64,000 bases of DNA, from NCBI GenBank assembly GCA_009602735.1, contig WELA01003621.1, positions 62,001-126,000 on the forward strand. Reading direction: 5' to 3'. Below the pieces are notes generated by a model. It searched no databases, was not told where the DNA came from, and worked only from the letters and a program-made list of their open reading frames with translations. The first letter of the stretch is position 1, and each line of letters begins with the position of its first letter. The translations under genes and the position numbers were made by a program. This document shows, piece by piece, positions 60,442-64,000 of the stretch. Origin of the DNA: Mesotaenium endlicherianum. Taxonomy: Eukaryota.

Positions 60442-61958
60442 ATACTTTCCGGCCGCATTTGCGGGAACAACAACACATCCTGTATAGATACCTGGTTGGT
60501 CATCATCATGCACAACCTGTCAATACCAATACCAATACCGGAAGTAGGCGGCATTCCATATTCGAGGGCGCGGAGGAAGTCATGGTCAATGAACATAGCT
60601 TCATCATCGCCCCGCTCCATCAGTTTTGATTGTTCTTCAAAACGCTCGCGCTGGTCAACGGGGTCATTCAATTCGGAATAGGCATTCGCGATCTCTTTTC
60701 CGTTTACCATCAGTTCAAAACGCTCTACCAGTCCGGGTTTGCTGCGGTGTTTCTTTGTAAGCGGACTCATCTCCACCGGATAATCAATGATGAAAGTAGG
60801 TTGAATGAAAGTATGTTCGCTGGTAGCGCCAAATATCTCGTCGATCAATTTGCCTTTACCAATATTGCCCGGCACGTCGATATGTAATCGCTTACACACT
60901 TCGCGCAGGCCGGCTTCGTCCATCTCACTCACATCAATACCGGTATTCTCTTTGATAGCATCGTAGATGCTGATCCTTTTGAAAGGCGCTTTGAAATGGA
61001 TTACCTGGTCGCCCAATGGCACATCGGTAGTGCCATGCAGGGCAATGGCTATTTTTTCGAACAACTGTTCGGTGATCTCCATCATCCAGAAATAATCTTT
61101 GTAAGCTGTATACCATTCCAGTACAGTAAACTCAGGGTTGTGGGTGCGATCCATGCCTTCATTCCTGAAATTGCGGCTGAACTCATATACCCAGTCGAAC
61201 CCACCCACGATCAAACGCTTCAGGTACAACTCATTGGCAATACGTAAGTAAAAAGGAATATCCAGTGCGTTGTGATGCGTAACAAACGGACGGGCCGCAG
61301 CGCCTCCGGGAATAGACTGCAATACCGGCGTATCTACTTCCAGTGCGCCCTGGGCATTGAGGAATTCGCGGATGGTATTGATCAGCCTGGTGCGTTTAAC
61401 AAAAGTATCCTTTACAGTGGGATTGATGATCAGATCGGCATAACGCTGGCGGTAACGGAATTCCGGGTCGGTAACGGCGTCGAACACATGCCCTTCTTCA
61501 TCGCGCTTCACCACAGGTAGCGGTTTCAGCGATTTGGTAAGCAGGGTAAGTGTTTGCGCATGGATAGATGTTTCACCCGTCTTGGTGATGAACACATAAC
61601 CGGTAGCGCCAATGATATCGCCCAGGTCGAGGCCATGCTTTACCAATGTATCCCACAGCGATTTATCTTCCCCCGGATAGAGATCGTCTCTTTTCACGTA
61701 CAGCTGGATAAGCCCTTTGCTGTCCTGTATCTTGATGAAGAACACTTTACCCTTGTCGTTGATGCTCATGATACGGCCGGCCACACAAACCGAAGCGAAC
61801 TGTTCTTTTGTCTCTTCGGTAAAATGGTCTTTGATATCCGTTGAATAATGGGTTACCGGGTACAATGGCGCAGGGAACGGATCGATGCCTGCTTCCACCA
61901 GTTTTGCCAGTTTCTCCCTGCGAACCAGTTCCTGCTCTGATAAGTGTGCTTGACTCAT
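60438..61958 (-). CDS. lysS: Lysine-tRNA ligase (class II)
   Basis: Motifs RYRQRY, GGAAARPF, FRNEG, HNPEFT and YGMPPTSG. TAATTTTG box at 61989-61982. Confidence 0.98.
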   Translation of the reverse strand: MSQAHLSEQELVRREKLAKLVEAGIDPFPAPLYPVTHYSTDIKDHFTEETKEQFASVCVAGRIMSINDKGKVFFIKIQDSKGLIQLYVKRDDLYPGEDKSLWDTLVKHGLDLGDIIGATGYVFITKTGETSIHAQTLTLLTKSLKPLPVVKRDEEGHVFDAVTDPEFRYRQRYADLIINPTVKDTFVKRTRLINTIREFLNAQGALEVDTPVLQSIPGGAAARPFVTHHNALDIPFYLRIANELYLKRLIVGGFDWVYEFSRNFRNEGMDRTHNPEFTVLEWYTAYKDYFWMMEITEQLFEKIAIALHGTTDVPLGDQVIHFKAPFKRISIYDAIKENTGIDVSEMDEAGLREVCKRLHIDVPGNIGKGKLIDEIFGATSEHTFIQPTFIIDYPVEMSPLTKKHRSKPGLVERFELMVNGKEIANAYSELNDPVDQRERFEEQSKLMERGDDEAMFIDHDFLRALEYGMPPTSGIGIGIDRLCMMMTNQVSIQDVLLFPQMRPESI

Positions 61959-61986
61959 AATATAATAGCTTGAGAAGGCTGCAAAA

Positions 61987-62451
61987 TTAACGGTTGGCGG
62001 GCACTTTATACACATCGGGATTATGCCGTTGCATAAAACGCTGGTAGAGTTCTTCCGGTAACGGCTCCCATCCAAACTGTTGATAAAGGCCATGCGCATC
62101 TTTAGTGCCCAGCATCCAGCGTCTCAAACCCTGCAGTTCCGGGTTCGCATGGATGGTAGCAACGAGCCATTTGGATAACCCCTTGCCCCTGTGTTTCGGT
62201 AAAATAAAAACATCGGCCAGGTAAGCAAAAGTGGCTTTGTCGGTAACCAGTCTGGCGAACCCAATTTGTTGGTTATGGTGGTAGACGCCAAAACAAAAAG
62301 AATGTTCAATGGATCTTTTCACCACCTCGTAAGGAATACCGGCAGCCCAATAAGATTCTTCCGAGAGGTAACGGTGGATCACATCGATATTCAATTTAGC
62401 AGGGTCTGTACTGATGGAATATCCTTCATGGTGATGATCAATGGGCGTCAT
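61987..62451 (-). CDS. GNAT family N-acetyltransferase
   Basis: Motifs SYWA, QIGFAR, YLADVF, RGKGLSKWL and DAHGLY. Confidence 0.9.
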   Translation of the reverse strand: MTPIDHHHEGYSISTDPAKLNIDVIHRYLSEESYWAAGIPYEVVKRSIEHSFCFGVYHHNQQIGFARLVTDKATFAYLADVFILPKHRGKGLSKWLVATIHANPELQGLRRWMLGTKDAHGLYQQFGWEPLPEELYQRFMQRHNPDVYKVPANR

Positions 62452-63028
62452 AAAAAAGTTTTTTACGGATGGTGTTTTCAGATAATTCGATGATCTCTCC
62501 TGGTTGCATCTTACCCAGTTCGAGTTGCTCGATCCTGTAACGGATCAAACGCAAAGTAGGAAATCCTGCTTTGGCAGTCATCCTTCTCACCTGCCTGTTT
62601 TTACCTTCCGTGAGGATCATGCGAATCCAGGGTGAAGGTATTTCTTTCCGGAACCGGATGGGCGGGTCGCGGTCGGGAACAGGCGGCGCTGTTTCAAATA
62701 CCATTGCCCTGCATGGCAGGGTATGATGCGCTTTGCCATCGATGTTGATGATCACACCAGATTGCAATTGTGCAATGGCTTCTCCGGTAATGGCGCCATC
62801 TACCTGTACCCAATATTCTCTTTCGTGTGCAAAGCCCGGATCCAATAAACGATGATTGAGTGTTTTATCATTCGTTAGCAATAACAATCCTTCACTGTCA
62901 TGATCCAATCTTCCTACAGGATATACATCACGGGGCACTTTGAAATAATCGGCCAGTGTTTTCTTTCCTTCCACTGCAGAAAACTGGGAAAGACATCCAT
63001 AAGGTTTGTTGATGAGGAAGTAGCGCAT
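62438..63028 (-). CDS. RsuA/RluE-family pseudouridine synthase
   Basis: Motifs NKPYG, GRLDHDSEGLLLLTN and EGKNRQVRRMTA; no S4 domain (RluE-like). Confidence 0.92.
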   Translation of the reverse strand: MRYFLINKPYGCLSQFSAVEGKKTLADYFKVPRDVYPVGRLDHDSEGLLLLTNDKTLNHRLLDPGFAHEREYWVQVDGAITGEAIAQLQSGVIINIDGKAHHTLPCRAMVFETAPPVPDRDPPIRFRKEIPSPWIRMILTEGKNRQVRRMTAKAGFPTLRLIRYRIEQLELGKMQPGEIIELSENTIRKKLFYDAH

Positions 63029-63032
63029 CTTA

Positions 63033-63105
63033 CAAAAACAAAAGTCCCGCAGAAGCGAGACTTTGTATATGGATGGGTTAGTAAGTACCGGGAAATAAAT
63101 TTCCC
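63033..63105 (-). ncRNA. Candidate ~73 nt small RNA or attenuator leader
   Basis: Promoter TTTG-N19-TAATATTG (63140-63110), 5' hairpin GGGAAA/UUUCCC, unpaired ACUUACUAACCCAUCCAUAU, and terminator AAAGUCUCGC-UUCU-GCGGGACUUUUGUUUUUG whose G-U pair forms only on the minus strand. Confidence 0.55.
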
Positions 63106-63453
63106 AACACAATATTAAAAATAGTTTTATCGAAAGCAAAAAAAATTTTGAACAATTTTATTCACATTTTCGGCGGGAATGTGAATTGCGCGTATATGTT
63201 TGGCACGATCTTTCGCTGCAATATCCGTTGTTGTGTTTTGAATTTTACATTTTCAGTTCATTGTTGTATCTGCTGAAAAACTGATGAATAAAGGGTTACA
63301 GCAGTTATCATTTTTATCATGCAAACAAAATACACTTCATTTTTTACGTCTTATAAGCCGTTAAAAACAGGTAAAAAGGCGGGAACCGGGGCCTAAAAAA
63401 ATTTTCTCTTCGCCAGGTGTTGTTACCTTTGATTTTTACCCAAAACCATCATT

Positions 63454-64000
63454 ATGAAGTTCCCAGCGCCCGTTTCCATACAATGGATTGCCGACCTGAT
63501 CCAGGCAACCCTTTCAGGAAATCCAGATGCACAAGTAACAGGCATCAATGAAATTCACCGCGTGGAAGCAGGCGATCTTGCATTTGTTGATCATCCAAAA
63601 TATTACGATACCTGTCTCAACAGCGCCGCTACTTTCATCATCATCAATACCAACGAAGTAAATATTCCCGACGGTAAAACCATTCTCGTTGTTGCCGATC
63701 CTTTCGAATCGTATTTAAAAATCGTCAATCATTTCAGGCCCTTTGTTCCTGCCAATAAAACCATCAGCGATACAGCGGTGATTGGAGAAGGAACTGTGAT
63801 CATGCCCAATGTATTCATTGGTCAGCATGTACGCATAGGCAAGAACTGCACCATCCATCCCAATGTTTCCCTGCTCGATTACAGCATCATTGGCAACAAT
63901 GTAGTAATACAAGCAGGCTCTGTTATTGGCAGCGATGCATTTTATTACAACACCAAAAAGAACCGCGAAGTATGGTATAAAAGAATGCAAAGCTGCGGTT
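63454..64000 (+). CDS. lpxD: UDP-3-O-acyl-glucosamine N-acyltransferase (LpxD-like), 5' part; runs off the window
   Basis: Not in the ORF track. Reads MKFPAPVSIQWIADL...GINEIHRVEAGDLAFVDHPKYY..., then hexapeptide repeats (IGEGTV, IGKNCT, IGNNVV) and IGSDAFYY. TACCTTTG box at 63424-63431. Confidence 0.85.
   Translation, partial: MKFPAPVSIQWIADLIQATLSGNPDAQVTGINEIHRVEAGDLAFVDHPKYYDTCLNSAATFIIINTNEVNIPDGKTILVVADPFESYLKIVNHFRPFVPANKTISDTAVIGEGTVIMPNVFIGQHVRIGKNCTIHPNVSLLDYSIIGNNVVIQAGSVIGSDAFYYNTKKNREVWYKRMQSCG

Noticed and set aside
63715..63990. 91 aa minus-strand ORF
   Set aside because: It is the antisense of the lpxD-like hexapeptide repeat region.
1..64000. Prophage, integrase, transposase, tRNA/rRNA or anti-phage defence island
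   Set aside because: No such genes or motifs were recognised; apart from higBA the window is housekeeping and envelope genes.

Overview
This 64 kb window is mostly core-genome sequence from a Bacteroidota bacterium, most likely Chitinophagaceae (inferred from protein similarity, TAnnTTTG-type promoters and A-rich start contexts without Shine-Dalgarno sequences). From left to right it holds: (1) a branched-chain amino acid cluster (leuA-leuC-leuD-[double ABC ATPase]-leuB, then ilvD-ilvB-ilvN); (2) a divergent helical-repeat protein and two PAS histidine kinases; (3) an inositol (sphingo)lipid cluster lying between serC and a DUF1015 gene (TetR, MIPS, PgpA-like, GtrA, a large outer-membrane DUF5686-type protein, a CDP-alcohol phosphatidyltransferase/DUF4833 fusion and an AUR1-like synthase); (4) a TetR-TolC-MFP-RND efflux operon; (5) rplM-rpsI-rpsB-tsf-pyrH; (6) a HigBA toxin-antitoxin pair, recO, pheS and murA; (7) a sulfatase/GH109/MFS sugar module; and (8) gmk, lysS, an RluE-like synthase and a partial lpxD. 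The most notable elements missing from the ORF track are an Ile/Val-rich leader peptide with terminator/antiterminator upstream of ilvD, bracketed by two REP-like palindromes (a third copy is near serC); a ~73 nt promoter-hairpin-terminator small RNA candidate upstream of the pseudouridine synthase; two heptamer-repeat hairpins between convergent genes; and a short gene remnant after an orphan TolC. I saw no tRNA, rRNA, CRISPR array, prophage or transposase. All family assignments come from motif recognition by eye, not from database searches.
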